A stretch of DNA of 64,000 bases from Takakia lepidozioides (Eukaryota; Plantae; Bryophyta). The stretch spans positions 1 to 64,000 of the forward strand of contig JAKLZA010000030.1 of NCBI GenBank assembly GCA_030704615.1. Direction: 5' to 3'. How positions within the stretch are numbered: the first letter of the stretch is position 1; every line of letters begins with the position of its first letter. Below, one piece after another: positions 11,790-24,399 of the stretch. The position numbers were made by a program, and so were the translations under genes. A model generated the notes under the pieces. That model saw only the letters and a program-made list of their open reading frames with translations, did no database searches and was not told the origin of the DNA.

Positions 11790-14592
11790 GATGGCGTTAC
11801 AACCAATACGGGGCTAAACCACCTTTTCCAATATATTCAGGGAAAGGGGATCCTGATGTACACATTAGCCAATTTGAGCACATGTGTATAGTGAACAATG
11901 AGAATGGCAATGATGCCAAGATGAGACTGTTTCCGTGTTCACTTATAAAGAAAGCCAGTGAATGGTATGCAAGATTCCCTGATAATCATTTCCTAACCTG
12001 GAATGGCTTGAGTACAGCGTTCCGAAATAGGTTCAGGACCAGTAAAACTGAGGATGAAGTGTATGGGAGTTTACAACAGCTGAAGCAGAAGAAGCATGAA
12101 ACTGTTGAAGAGTATATGGAGAAAATGGAGTTGATGATGAAAAAGTTGGCTACTATACCAGCACCAGGATTGCAGAAGGCTTGGTTTGTGAATGGACTAA
12201 GGCCAGAGTTGCAAAAGAAAGTAGACATGTTACCCCACAATACAGTGGAGGAGGCATTTGAAACAGCAAACAGAATTGAGCAGTTGGGAATGCTCAAGAA
12301 GGAGAAAAGAGATGAAGAGGACTCTGAGGATGAGTCAGAAGAAGAAGAGGAGATGGAGCATAAAAAGAAGAGTAAAAAGAAGGAAAAGATGAAGAGGGAA
12401 AATTATGAGAAGAGATTAGAAGAAATCTTGAAAAAGTATGCCACAGAGGCTTGCAACACATTGGAGGAAGGGTGTTTGGTGTGCAAAATGCCAGAATGAA
12501 GGCCACACCACTACTGAATGCCACATGAAGGAGAAACATTGCACTATCTGTAAAATAGATAACCATTCTACTGAGAATTGTTACTACAACAGAAGAACAG
12601 CAGTAAGAGAGCCTAGGCAGGTAAGGGTGCATCAAGTGCAACCCCAGCCAAGAAGAAACAATGATCAAGACCACTATGGTAGGACAGGTGGTTATAACAA
12701 TGGCATGGAAAGGAGAGGTAATCCAAGAGGGAATTACCAGGGACATCCCAGGGGTGGCTATCAGGGTAATCCAAGAGGGAATTACCAGCCAGGGAATCAG
12801 GATTACAGAAATAATCCCAGAACAGACCAAGGGCGAGGACCCAATGGAGAAGAACTGTGTTACTATTGTAATCAGGCAGGACATCGTAAGGCGGCTTGTC
12901 CATTCTGGATCAGACACCAAAATGAGATGAGAGCTCCTGGGAATGAGGGGCCAGTGGCAGCCCACATGGTTAGGCCATGTATTGTACCGGAAGTGAGTAC
13001 AATGATAGTAACAAGAAGCAGAGCCAAATTAGTACCTCCAGTGAAAGATGAAGTTGTTGATAATGAAGATGGCAGTGATGTGCCTGAAGATGATGAGGCT
13101 TGGAGAGATGAGAAAGAACTGCACAAGGAAGTGGCGGATACCATACAGGAAATGCAGAAGAGTACTGATATTCCCATGGTAGACTCCTCAGACTCTGAAA
13201 GGAGAAGAAGAAGTCAGTGAGGAAGAAGGAAAGAGGGAAGCTGCAGAAGTGCAGGGTAAGGAAGGGACATTGGCTGAAGTGATATGCCAGTCCAAAGTGG
13301 AAATTACCATTGGACAGCTATTAGCTGTGGCACCTTATTGTAGACACAGGCTGTATCAAGCAATCAACAGGATTGCCCATTTGACAGAGAACATAGACCT
13401 GAACAGCAAGGTGACAAGTTATAATGTGAGGCCAGAAGGGCAAGAAACAGTCATGGATTTTGATGATTCTATGCCAGTTATCCAGTTGAGAATTGGAAGC
13501 ACAGAGCTGGCAGATGTACTGATAGATGGAGGCTCTGGTGTGAATATCATGACAGACCAATTGAGGCAGAAGCTAGGTCTAAACAACATGAAACCAGCCC
13601 CATTTACAGTAACCATGGCAGACCAAAGGAGTGTACAGCCATTGGGATTGATCAGAGGAGTTAAAATCCAGATTCAAGAGATGATCTTTAAGATCACAGT
13701 AACTGTGTTGAAGATGAATGAAGTCCTGGAAGCTTATTCCTTATTGTTGGGAAGACCATGGCTGAAACAGGCCAAGGTGTCTCATGATTGGAATTCACAG
13801 TTACTGACTGTGTAGGATGGGTTGAACAAGATACAAATCACCAATAAGAAATCTGAAAGACTATCTGCTACAAGAAGACCAAGAGGGGTCAGAGAGTATG
13901 ATTGGAAAGAAGGACTGGATGAGGAACAGGAAGTTACTTTGTTCGCTGCACACCCAGAGTGGGAACAGGTTGCAGAGATGCAATTAGAAGGCCTGAGTTG
14001 TTTAAAAAATATCTACTGTGGGTGCAGTGACAACAACCCCAATTGAGGAGGAAATAAATAGTTACCCACCACATTTTTATGAGGAAAGGGAAGGAGAGAT
14101 TGATATCCTAGAGGAACCAGCCACTGTAAGTCTACAGGATGAAATAGTAACTGGTTGGACAATCACAGCTGATGAGCAGGTGAGGGAAGTGAATGTGGGA
14201 ACTGAGAAGGAACCATCTAGAGCCAAAATTGAAGCAAAGAGTCTGTTCATTAAATACATAGATGTATTTGCTTGGAGCTATGAGGATCTGAAGGGGATAC
14301 CACCTGAGATCTGTCAACATAAGATTGAACTGGAACCAGGATCAATACCAGTTAAACAGGCGAGATACAGGATGAATCCCAACTATGCAGAGAAGGTTGG
14401 AGAAGAGATCAAAAAGTTGGCTGAAGCTAAATTTATATACCCGATAGAGTACACAACTTGGTTGTCACCCATTGTGATAGTCCCCAAGAAAAATGGCAAA
14501 CTAAGAGTTTGTGTGAACTACAAGAAGCTGAATGCTTGTACGAGGAAGGATCTTTTCCTCTACCATTCACAGAAGCAGTATTGGACACTGTG
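11790..14592 (+). CDS. gag (three CCHC knuckles)-protease-RT N-terminus, frameshifted
   Basis: CAKCQNEGHTTTEC, CTICKIDNHSTENC and CYYCNQAGHRKAAC. Protease at 13249-13815, RT from ~14200. Confidence 0.88.
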
Positions 14593-15479
14593 TGTCGCGC
14601 GGCTTTTACTCACCCATCCCTTCGCTATCCGAGGCGGAAAACTCCAAGATAGAAGAGTTGGAAATCTCTAAGTACTCAGCCCGCTCAGAACAATCAGTCA
14701 TGACCTACAGCTAGTGTATCATGGGGGTGTTTCCTATTTGTTTCCCTTTCCACATTCATGTTAGCTACCTTACCATTGATAATTAAGTATCAGTTTGCTT
14801 CATCAATCTATCGGATTCCTTCAACTCATCCATTCATTCCACAGCTTCACTCAGATCTCTCTACACAGTGTGATTGTATCGTATAAGTATCAGATTATGA
14901 TTTATCAGGTATCAGGCCGAAGCCATTGTGTCTCTAATCTCCTCTACAATATCACTACAGCTCTGCATATAACAAGCATCTACTAATCATCTCTCCTCCT
15001 TCTCCATGCTTGCTTCCGTTCTTCTCTCCACCCGATCCCCTCTCCTCCATGACCAAGAAGTCCTCCCCCTCGAGTGCTTCCAAGAATAATCATCATCCCC
15101 CCTTAGTCCTTGCCTCTCCCTTTATCTTCCTACCCGTGGCTCTAACCGTTTCCCTCACTAACCGTCGTCCGGGAACTATCATGTTCCATTTGCAGGTGTT
15201 GTTCCCCACAGTCGTTCCCTGTCCTGCTCTCTGTTCCTATGGTCGTGACAGCTGTGTCAAGATGTGACCGCGACTGTGACTGTGTTGTGTGGGCTGTGTC
15301 GGCTGTGACGACTGTGACAGGCTGTGTCGGACTGTGACGGGCTATGTTGGGCTGTGTAACCCCCATCTACAGTGCGCTGCTGTCACCCCTAAGGCTCTTG
15401 TTGATCTCAGTCTGTGCAAAAATTAAGGGTACTCCTCAGATCCCATAAAAATGTCTAAGTCCCTGGCAGTCCTCTAACA
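14593..15479 (-). repeat. 3' LTR of an antisense copy of the same Tat/Ogre-like family
   Basis: Minus strand reads TGTTAGAG...CGCGACA. PPT TTTTGAGAGGGGAAGGGG at 15483-15500. Confidence 0.9.
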
Positions 15480-15517
15480 TTACCCCTTCCCCTCTCAAAA
15501 AGCCGTGTCCTCACGGT

Positions 15518-18500
15518 TTACTGATTGCGATTAGCAAACCTTTGTGAGTGAGCACCTTTCTGACTTTGAGAGTTTCGTGGCGGACTGTGTGTACGAGCCC
15601 GAGGTCTGTCACTGGTTGACGGAGATGTTTGAACACTACCCGGATAAGTGAGGCCCTCTGGAGGCTGATATCGAGGTAACCTTTCAGGCATAGGAGACCC
15701 CCGTCGCTTCTTTTCTGCCATTTGAATTGCATAGTCTTCTCCCATGTCAAAAGAATCCGCCGTTTGTATCAGAATCCTCATCGCCTCTCAGGTGTTAATT
15801 GTCGAACTTTTTGTGGAATCCTCTGGGGCATACAATGTTGTCCTACCACGTCAGGAAGTTTATATTTTAAAACTTGATGTAAACGCTGAACGGCAAAATT
15901 GGTGAAGACACTGAGCTCCTTGTCTGTCCAGGTGAGTGGGGTACCAATGACTTGTGATTTGTTCAAGTATTTCCATGCCACATGTGCCTTATAGAAAATA
16001 TCATCAATGCCGAATTTCTGTGTTGACAAATTGTTCCAGGCCGACTGAAACCATAAACGAATTTGAGAATCCTTTTGCATCATGACTTTTGCCTCATATA
16101 GGTACATATGAGGTGGCACTGAAGGTAAGACCCAATGATCCCCACTGGAATAACTCAGAAAGCGCGATTGCATCTTTTGCTGCTCAATGTGATAACGTAC
16201 CAGAAAGCAAGCAGCGTAGTATAACCCACATCCCATGACAATACTCGCTACCTCTTTGGTCTTGGTATAAATGAATCCATGTACAACTTGGAAGGCAATT
16301 AATTCCCTCAACATTGTACCTGCCTCATGCCAGTATTGTGCAAAGTGATGATCTTCAATTGGTCGATTGTTCGGAAGAACGTTAGTCCTAGTTGCCACTG
16401 GCAGCCAAATGCGCATGATTTGGTAGTAATGTGCAAATGATTGCGGAGGACTAAATTCTTTCCAAGCCAAATCCAACATGATGGGAATTTGGTTGAAGGG
16501 CAGAATCATAGCCCTATTGTACTCCCTTGCAGCTGGAGTTTTAGGTGGGTTAAAAGCAGCATTGCCCCATACCTCAGACTGTGGTGGCTGTGGTGTAGTT
16601 GTAGTAACAACAGGGTCAGCTATTGGCACAGTGACTTGTTGTGTTGTTGGTGGCACTGGCTCTTGTACCATTGGCATCTCATGCACCTCCTGTGAAGAAG
16701 ACTGAAAAGCTAAAGTTCTCGCTTAAAGAAGCCATTAGCTGTTCATCAGGTACACAGACTCTCTTGTCGATATTTGAAGTGAGGTCCTCCACTTGAGTCT
16801 GCAGGCCGTCTATATCCTCCTGTAACTCCGCTATCCTACTATAGACATTGTCTATAGTAGTTGTGGCAATGTTCTGCACTTGCAGCCTGAGCTCATTCAT
16901 CTCGCTTTGGGTGAGCTTTCGTGGTGCTTTGCCTTCCACTGGCCCTTGTGCTAACCAGACCTGCATAAGGTGGTTATCCACCAAGTTGCTTGTGGTTCCT
17001 CTGAGAGTGTGCTCCTCTCTTTGTTTGTACACAACTAACTGCTGTTGTAAAGCCTCCATGCGCTTCGCATGAGGTTCAACCAAATTTGCATAGGCAGCAG
17101 GCAGATTATTGGCTTCCTTCCAAGCTTTGTTAGCCACAGAGAGTTCATTTCTATTGGCCATGATCGTTTGTTGCAACTCCAGGATGTGCCTCTCTTGGTC
17201 AGCTTCAACCTGCCTGTATTGCTTGAAAGTATCCTCATTGCGACAGATTGTATTCTTCATATCGACAATGAGTTTCATTTGCTCAACATTCTCTGCCTCT
17301 GCCTTCGTACATCTTTCCGCTTGACTGTTTATTTCTATTGTAGATTGGTCAAGCATAGTTGTGAGTGTAGCACATTGGATGGCCATTTTGTCATGCACTG
17401 TCTGCAACTCCGTATGTTGTGCATTTACTTGTTGCAACTTGCTTTCATGCTTCACCTGCATTTGGTATAGCTGTTGCTTATGTGCTTCGTGCAATTGGTC
17501 TTGTGCGAGGCCTGCCTCAATCAATTGTTCTTTGGCCAATTGCAAAGCGCCGCTTCCGTATTCTCCAAGTCTTGTTGCATCTTGATAGTGACCTCTTCAT
17601 CGACCTTGTTTGCACACTTAGTGGCTAGTCGAGCCTCAAACTCCTTCCTGAGTTCCCTCTCAAGGCTTGTCAATTGGGTAATTGGAACATGGGATTTGAC
17701 ATAAGTCCCCAACAAATTAAGTGTCATGCCTATGGAACTCATCAGCATTGCCTGTTGAGGGTCATCATTGTGAGGTTGCTGCTGTTCCTCCTGATCCTCA
17801 ACCGTGTGATGTCTCACGAACCACTCAGGCCATTGTCCCACCGGATTTTCTTCCTGAACCACTTCATCTATCACCGGTGCTGCAGTGTCATGACCTTCTA
17901 CCTGTGGTACCTCCGACACAGGTGTGTGTATTATATGCACCTCAGGATTTCCCTTGGGCAACTGTTGCACCTCTGGAATCTCTGTCTCCTTGACCAGACC
18001 AGAATATTCATAGAGAAGGTCCCCCTTCTCAATTTCTGCCACTATCTGTTCTGTAGTTGGAATATCTAACCTTTTTTTTCCAAATCAATTATTTTTGGTA
18101 GAGCTGCATGGACAACTTGTGACCTTGTGACAAGCCGATCAGCTGGCTGTGATGGTTGTGATACTGAAGTAACTTCCTCCTCTCTCTCTGAAGGTCCTGC
18201 TTCCAGTAATAGCAGTTCTGTGCTGCTGTGCCCCTTCCTGCACATGAGCTTGGGAAACATTATCATGCGGAATCCGTGAAGCCAGTGGATCCGCGACTAC
18301 AGTTTTCCCCGTCTCTGCCTCTTAGTCTCGGGTTGCCCTACTAGTCCACCCTCACTGTGTGAAGAGCCTTGCTCTTCCATTGCAGTGGTTTCTGGCTCAA
18401 ACACTCCCATCTCCTTTCTTTCTTGCGCATCAAGTATGCCAGAATCAAGAATTATTTGAGCAATGATTGGGCCAGACACTATGATAGGAGACTTTGCGGT

Positions 18501-19270
18501 AGTACCTTGTAATCTTTTCATCTCCTCTACCAGTGCGTTGTACATTATGTCCGCCCATTCTACCTCTTCTCCCTCAAGGCTTTGAGTATTTCCTCTGTGA
18601 AGGATCTGCTCAAATACTGTTGGTTTTGTTTCATGGCAAACAGAACGTTCAATACCTGGCCTACCTCCTTTAGCCCTGGGTACACGGCCTTGGTACAAGC
18701 GTAACCCTGAGTTTTAAAGAAACTCCCTTCTTGGAATAAGTCCTCTATTTGCAGTCTTGCCCTGTGCTCCTCCACATGCACTTGACCTGCTGGCAATTGA
18801 AACAATTGCTGTAGGTATAGGGGAGTAATTACTAATTCAACTCCCTTCACCGTTGTTGCTCATGTCCTTGGCTCAAAGTTCTGTAAGAATTGTAACATGT
18901 ACTGTCTATGGTGCAATGTCCAATCTTTGCTTTGCAATCCTTGCAATCTCAGTTCCTTCAGTATCTGTATCGCCTGTGGTGTAGCAATTGTTTGTTTCTG
19001 CAGAATTGTGGTGCTCTTCACCCTGATTTCCTCCATTCCTCTCACTCTCTTCATTCTAGACCCACAGAAATGTTTTGGCTGTAACAATTGAAGAATTGCC
19101 TGCAGTGCACAAAACATAAACGTATGGTTGCCACAAAAAGCTATGGGTAATTTCTTGTAAGCCTGTGGGGCTTGCAAGCATCGCTCAAGAGAAAAGATCC
19201 GCTCTGTTGTTTCGTCCCTATGCCACTGCGTAAGTAGTATTGCAAGCGTATAGTCTGTTAGTTCCTCCAT
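15518..19270 (-). CDS. Long 3' accessory ORF (frameshifted): Transposase_32/Athila-ORF2-like N-terminus, acidic linker, coiled coil, globular C-terminus
   Basis: A chain of same-strand ORFs. YMLQFLQNF..VKGVELVITPLYLQQLFQLP and VEWADIMYNAL..GPIIAQII. Heptad-rich region at 16700-17700. Lies directly upstream of the PPT and LTR. Confidence 0.65.
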
Positions 19271-19764
19271 AGCTTCAAAGCTATTGCATTGATTGTTTGT
19301 CCCTTCGCGACACCCGTTACTTAGAACGACGCCGACTCTTGCCCTAATTTCCCTCCATTTTCTTGATCATTTCTCTGGCTCTATTGGCTGTAACCAATGT
19401 GACTGGATTTTAGATTTAATTTTCTTTAGTGGACTTTCCCTGCTGGATTGTCCACTAGGACCCACATGTGACAAGAATTTCTTTTTTCTGTACTTGCCGT
19501 TTGTTCCGTTCCCTTTTTCCGTATTCATTAATGGGCCCGCCCTTCATCCGAAATGACGCGCTAAGTAGGTATTTTGACGGCCATTCTTGTCTTTTTTCTT
19601 GATGACACCTGTTCTTGCACTTCCTTCTCAGCTGTGTTCGCGCCTGACTTCCACGTGTCTATTTTTAAACTGGTTTCGGTCCTTTCTTCCGTCGGCCCTT
19701 TTCCTGAAGTTATTGTGCGTCCATCTGTCACTGTCACTGATTCTATGGATCGTGTAACCCTAGT

Positions 19765-19985
19765 AGGCTGTGTTGAGTTGTGACAGGCTGTGTCATACTG
19801 TGGTACATTGTGATAGGCTGTGATGCACTGTGGTAAGTTGTGATAGGCTGTGACACGCTGTGGTAGGCTGTGTTGTGCCGTGCTGGGCTGTGATAGACTG
19901 TGTTTCACGTCTGTGATGGGCTTGAGGGGCTGTGATAGACTGTGTCGTCGTGATGGGCTGTGATAGGCTGTGTCACGCTTGTTCT
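19765..19985 (-). repeat. CACAGCC(TAT) microrepeat array similar to the one in the LTRs
   Basis: Repeated TGTGATAGGCTG units on the plus strand. Confidence 0.8.
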
Positions 19986-20139
19986 GCCCACCCTGGTCAT
20001 ATATGCTCGGCCTAGCGACAAGTGCTCCATACTCCGTTGGTAACACTGGCGCAGCCCGTGACTGCTCTTGCGTTTAACCATGCAAATCATGTTGCAATGG
20101 TTTGTCATGGATACCACTCTATTGTAGTGTGAAAAAAGA

Positions 20140-21215
20140 AGGGGCGTGAATCCCCTTCTGGTTAATCCTAAAATCTGTACTCCTCCTACTCGTCCCTGTT
20201 GAAGTATCAGGGCAAAGGAAAGGAGCGTTCTCTTTTCTGGAGGAAGATGGGATATAACGGTAGTAGACAACTATTTCAAGGAGATCACAAGCGACACCAA
20301 TGACAGCACTTCCATTTATTATGTGAGAGCTCTGTGTGGAGCAAAAGGCACATTTGTCCTGAAAGAAGAATCATTCAATGGTGCTTCCTTGGTGCAAAGA
20401 ATAGGAACCTCCTTTGCCTATGCAGGGAGGGGAGAACATACCGTTTCAACGGACGGGAGATATGACTTTGCTCGAGTGTGGCCTTGGACAGCTACACCAT
20501 TCAACAGGTTCCCAATTCACTTTCTCTATAGTCGAACCGACAGTCCATCATAGCATCATGAACTATTTGAGGATCAACCATTCATTTGAGAAATCACTTA
20601 AAGACTACATGGTTGATTGCAAGGATGATGCCAGTGCAATGGGTAGGGCATGGGAGAAACTTTTCACAGTTCATGTGGCCAAGCTGTTTGACGGGCAAAA
20701 TTGTTGGCCAATATGTGCTGTTTCAAGGATGCAACCCTGCCTCCAAAATTCGCAAGGGACAAGCCAATGATTACCCAGTGAAAGGAGTGTGGAGGGAGTC
20801 ATATAGGATCCACACCATAAGTAAATTTCTTGATGCTGAAGAGAAATCTCGTCCGCCATGCCTCATTTTTGACGACAGATCTGGAGCTGATGTTCTTTTT
20901 GTTGTGAGACTTGGGAATTTGAAGATTCCTGTCTTCTGTCAACTGAAGCTGCGATCTGAGGTGCAGTGGGCTAGAGCAGTGGCAACTACAGATCCGGAAC
21001 AGATGTACAAGAAAAGTTCCGAGTACAAAACGAGGGTGCTTGCCGCATGCAAAGATGGTTGCATCAGCTTGGTAGTTGCCTATCCTGCAAAGAAGCCAGC
21101 TAAACTCCAATCTGAATGCCAAGATAATCGTTTAATTGGCTATATTGGACAGGTAGAAGCGGAGGATTTGTTTGACCGCGTGTTATGTGATTTCTTACGT
21201 TCTATCAAGGAGTGA
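20140..21215 (+). pseudogene. Crinkler (CRN)-related C-terminal fragment with a REase-fold domain
   Basis: EPTV..., DASAMGRAWE, PCLIFDDRSGADVLFVV, PVFCQLKL, AVATTDPEQMY, SLVVAYP, EDLF. This is an E..D..QxK catalytic pattern. Confidence 0.55.
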
Positions 21216-21959
21216 TGGGGACAAATTTTGTGATGGCTCATGGAGTATTGAGAAGGTGAGATTCATTGGGATACTGGCTCTATTTTTTTGTGTTTGGTGA
21301 CATTTCTATATTCTCTTGTGCTGTCACACCTTTCCACAAGTATACTACTAAGTTAGACTGCTTCTGTATTCAACCATGGACCAACTTCAAGAACCTGTGA
21401 AAAAGGGACACAAATTAATGACAAGTATGTTTTCATGAACCAATCAATGAGTTCATCAGCTTTGTGTTACACTGCATGATACGATGGTGTGACAAGTTTG
21501 CAGGATATTCCAAAATTGGCCGTACTGGAGATACTGGTACCTCCTCCTCCTCGTCTGAGCTGTTGAGATCGACCACAGGTACCGATGGCGTCATAGCTGC
21601 AACAGGTGGCCTCACCGGAGCTGGTACATCCTCGTCCGAGCTGACAAGCTCGATCAGTGGCCTCGTATACTTCATACGAGGCATACTGGCAACCCTGCGA
21701 TATAAGAAGAAATAACATTAAGAAATTACCCAAAATACACACATCCAACTTTTGAATTGATCAAATATAGCACCTAATTGAACCCGATTCATTAAATCAA
21801 CATGAATTTTGATCTAGAAGGACCCACAAAAAATATAGACATATCAATGGATTTGCAACAAAAACACACTCAATATGCACACAAAAAAATTACCCCAATC
21901 GGACAATATTTGACCTAGATATGACCCCTTAAAGTTCGCTCACCTTACTGAAAAGGGTT

Positions 21960-23104
21960 TCCAACTCACTATTTGCTCATAACTTTTGTTTTACAAGGAA
22001 TTACAACAAGCGCCGCATACCATTGAATTCCCCACAAAAAAGCGCACAAGCTGCATACCCTGAATGTAAGAAATGACAAGATTAGGCCCCTAAAATGCAC
22101 TTTGAAAGTTGCTGACTTTTTAGACCAGGTTGACGTTTATGCTCATATCTTCCGTTCTAGGACGAATTAGAAGATGGGTAAGATACCAATGGATTCAACA
22201 CAAAAAGAGCCCAAGATGCATACCTTGAACGCACAAATCGACCAAGATTTGGTGTAGATATGCCACTTTGAACGTCGCAGATCCTACAAAAATGGCAGGT
22301 TCACATTTTTAGTCATAAGTTTCGATTTACAACGAACTAGAACGAGCACAATATACCATTAGATGCGTAATGAAAAACACACACAAATACATGCCTCGAA
22401 CTCGCAAATCGACACGATTTCGCTGCGATATGCCACTTTGAAAGTCGCTAATCCTACAAAAGAAGTCCGCCTCACAATGTTGCTTGTAAGTAGAGTTTTA
22501 CAAAGCATTAGGGTGAGCGCCACATACCATTGGATTCCCCTAGAAAAACTACACAAGATAGACACCTAAACTTTCCAAATTGACGAAGATTGCTTAAGAT
22601 ATCTCACTTTGAAAGTTGCTGCCTTAATTGGACCAAATTCAAAAAAGTCAAAGTCAACCCAAAGTCAACTCCTTAATATCTCCCAAGTGGCGAGGGATTA
22701 GGGAAATGTTTTTACATATTCGGAATCCTTATACCTTTAAATGGGGGGGTTAGGTCCATTCAAAACCACCAACAACCTCCAAATTTAGCCGCAATAGGCA
22801 TTTTAGGGTTTTCCCTTCAAACGCCTATATTTGCCAACTTTTTGACCTTTTTGCCAAAAAATTTCCACCATTGTCCTAATAATACCCACTACTACCACCT
22901 AGGTGTTTCAAATTCCAAAAAAGCTATATATAGGCCAAAGGTCAAAAAAAATAATGCCAAAAGTCAAATGTTCATATCTCACGAATGACGATACATTAGG
23001 AAATGTTTTTACATATTCGGAACCACAATATGCACAAATGGGGGGGTAGGTCACCTCAAAACACGAAAAAGAAAAAAAGGTCACTTTTTGCGGGAATGGC
23101 CATG
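21960..23104. mobile_element. Probable DNA-transposon end with degenerate subterminal repeats
   Basis: Four ~170-bp units (~21975, 22141, 22312, 22482) share ATACCA(T/A)T..ATT and CACTTTGAA. Two further units share AAATGTTTTTACATATTCGGAA..ATGGGGGGG.TAGGTC (~22700, ~23000). Confidence 0.55.
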
Positions 23105-23128
23105 TAATCCTAAACCTAAATCCTAAAC

Positions 23129-24270
23129 TTGTGCTATAGAAGAAGCGGAGACCCTCCCTATGGAACCGTCCATTGCTACACTCGTGAACGCGAGGTGGTC
23201 AAGGAAGTACTCAAGGAGGTGAAGAAGGTGGTGAATTCCATCCAGGTGAAACCTAAGGCTAAGAAGCTTGGGACAAACCTAAGGCGAATCCTGGCGGAAA
23301 GTTGGGAAACGGCTGTTAGAGGGCTGTTTGGGACTTAGATAATTTTACGGGTTTCTGTGGGGTACCCTTAATTTTGCACAGACTGAGACCAACATGAGAT
23401 TTTAGGGGTGGCAGCGCAGGCTTTAAGGGGGTTAGACAGTCAGACACAGCTCGTCACAGCTTCACACAGCCCGACGCAGCTTTACACAGGCCAGTCACAG
23501 CTCAGCACAGCTTAACCAGTCTGTCACGTACATGGGAACAGTTATCATTGACAGGGAACGACTGTGTGGGAACGACATCTACAGAGGGAGCGTGTTACTT
23601 CAGGAGTGAACGATTAGTTAGTTAGGTGATTAGAAACAGCTTGCGGGTAGATTAGCAGGGCGGCAACAGAAGAGGATCATTACTTGGAGGGGAGCACTGC
23701 TGGAGAAGGGGGAGACGTAACGGAGAACAAAAGAGTGAAGAGGAGAATCAGGACTGGAGTGAGGCGGAATTCATGCAAGCTGTAGGATTATATAGAAGGG
23801 GTAGATTAGAGACACCATGACATAGGCATGATACATGATAAGTCTTAATCTGATACTTATTCGATACAATCATACGGGTAGAAAGACTTGAATGAGCTGT
23901 GGAATAAATGGATGATGAATGGAACCTGATAGATACTGAAGCAATCTGATGCTTCAGTCATACACGGTAAGGTAAATTGATAACATGAAGGCAAGAAGGA
24001 ATACAGATAGGAAGCACAACCATGATTCACTAGCTGTAGGTCATGACTGATTGTTCTGGAGCGGGCTGAGTGCTTAGAGATATCCAACTCTTCTATCTTA
24101 GAGCTTCCACCTCGGATAGCGAAGGGATGGGTGAGTAAAAGCCGCTCGACAACGGCAAGCAGCTACCTCTTTCAACAAGAGGGTCAGGCCCGAACCGCAC
24201 AACCGGTTATGATACGGGAGGCCGGAAACCTTCAGCGAGGTCAACGGCAAACAGCCACAACGGCCATGCA
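23129..24270 (+). mobile_element. Short Penelope-like fragment (ORF1/linker), interrupted by the solo LTR
   Basis: VLKEVKKVVNSIQVKPKA matches 31598-31927 on the minus strand. Bounded by CCTAAA-like repeats. Confidence 0.7.
23314..24151 (+). mobile_element. Solo LTR of the Tat/Ogre-like family
   Basis: TGTTAG...CGACA flanked by a perfect 5-bp TSD ACGGC (23309-23313 and 24152-24156). Confidence 0.95.
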
Positions 24271-24399
24271 ATAAATCCTAAACCCTAAACAGACCATGCA
24301 TTAAACTCCTTCTCGAGTATTGCGTGTTAGATGAGCATCTAAGTCGTTCTCTACTGTGTCTATTCTCTAGCAAAAGAGATAGGGTATTATTCATTCATG

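Larger units (their letters stand above)
9605..14592 (+). mobile_element. Tat/Ogre-like Ty3/gypsy copy 1: 5' LTR, PBS, upstream ORF, gag, PR, RT (truncated by the LTR at 14593)
   Basis: LTR is homologous to those at 14593, 23314 and 38301. Retrotrans_gag FPCSLIKKASEWY, PR LIDGGSGVN, RT DVFAWSYEDLKGI...WLSPIVIVPKKNGKLRVCV. Confidence 0.9.

Noticed and set aside
19561-20046. 161-aa ORF, and similar ORFs at 15142, 38300 and 38361
   Set aside because: These are open frames produced by the stop-free CACAGCC microrepeats.
14588-20050. TSD for a 14593-20045 insertion
   Set aside because: The flanks CTGTG and CTGGC match only 3 of 5 positions, and the interrupted RT does not resume on the right.
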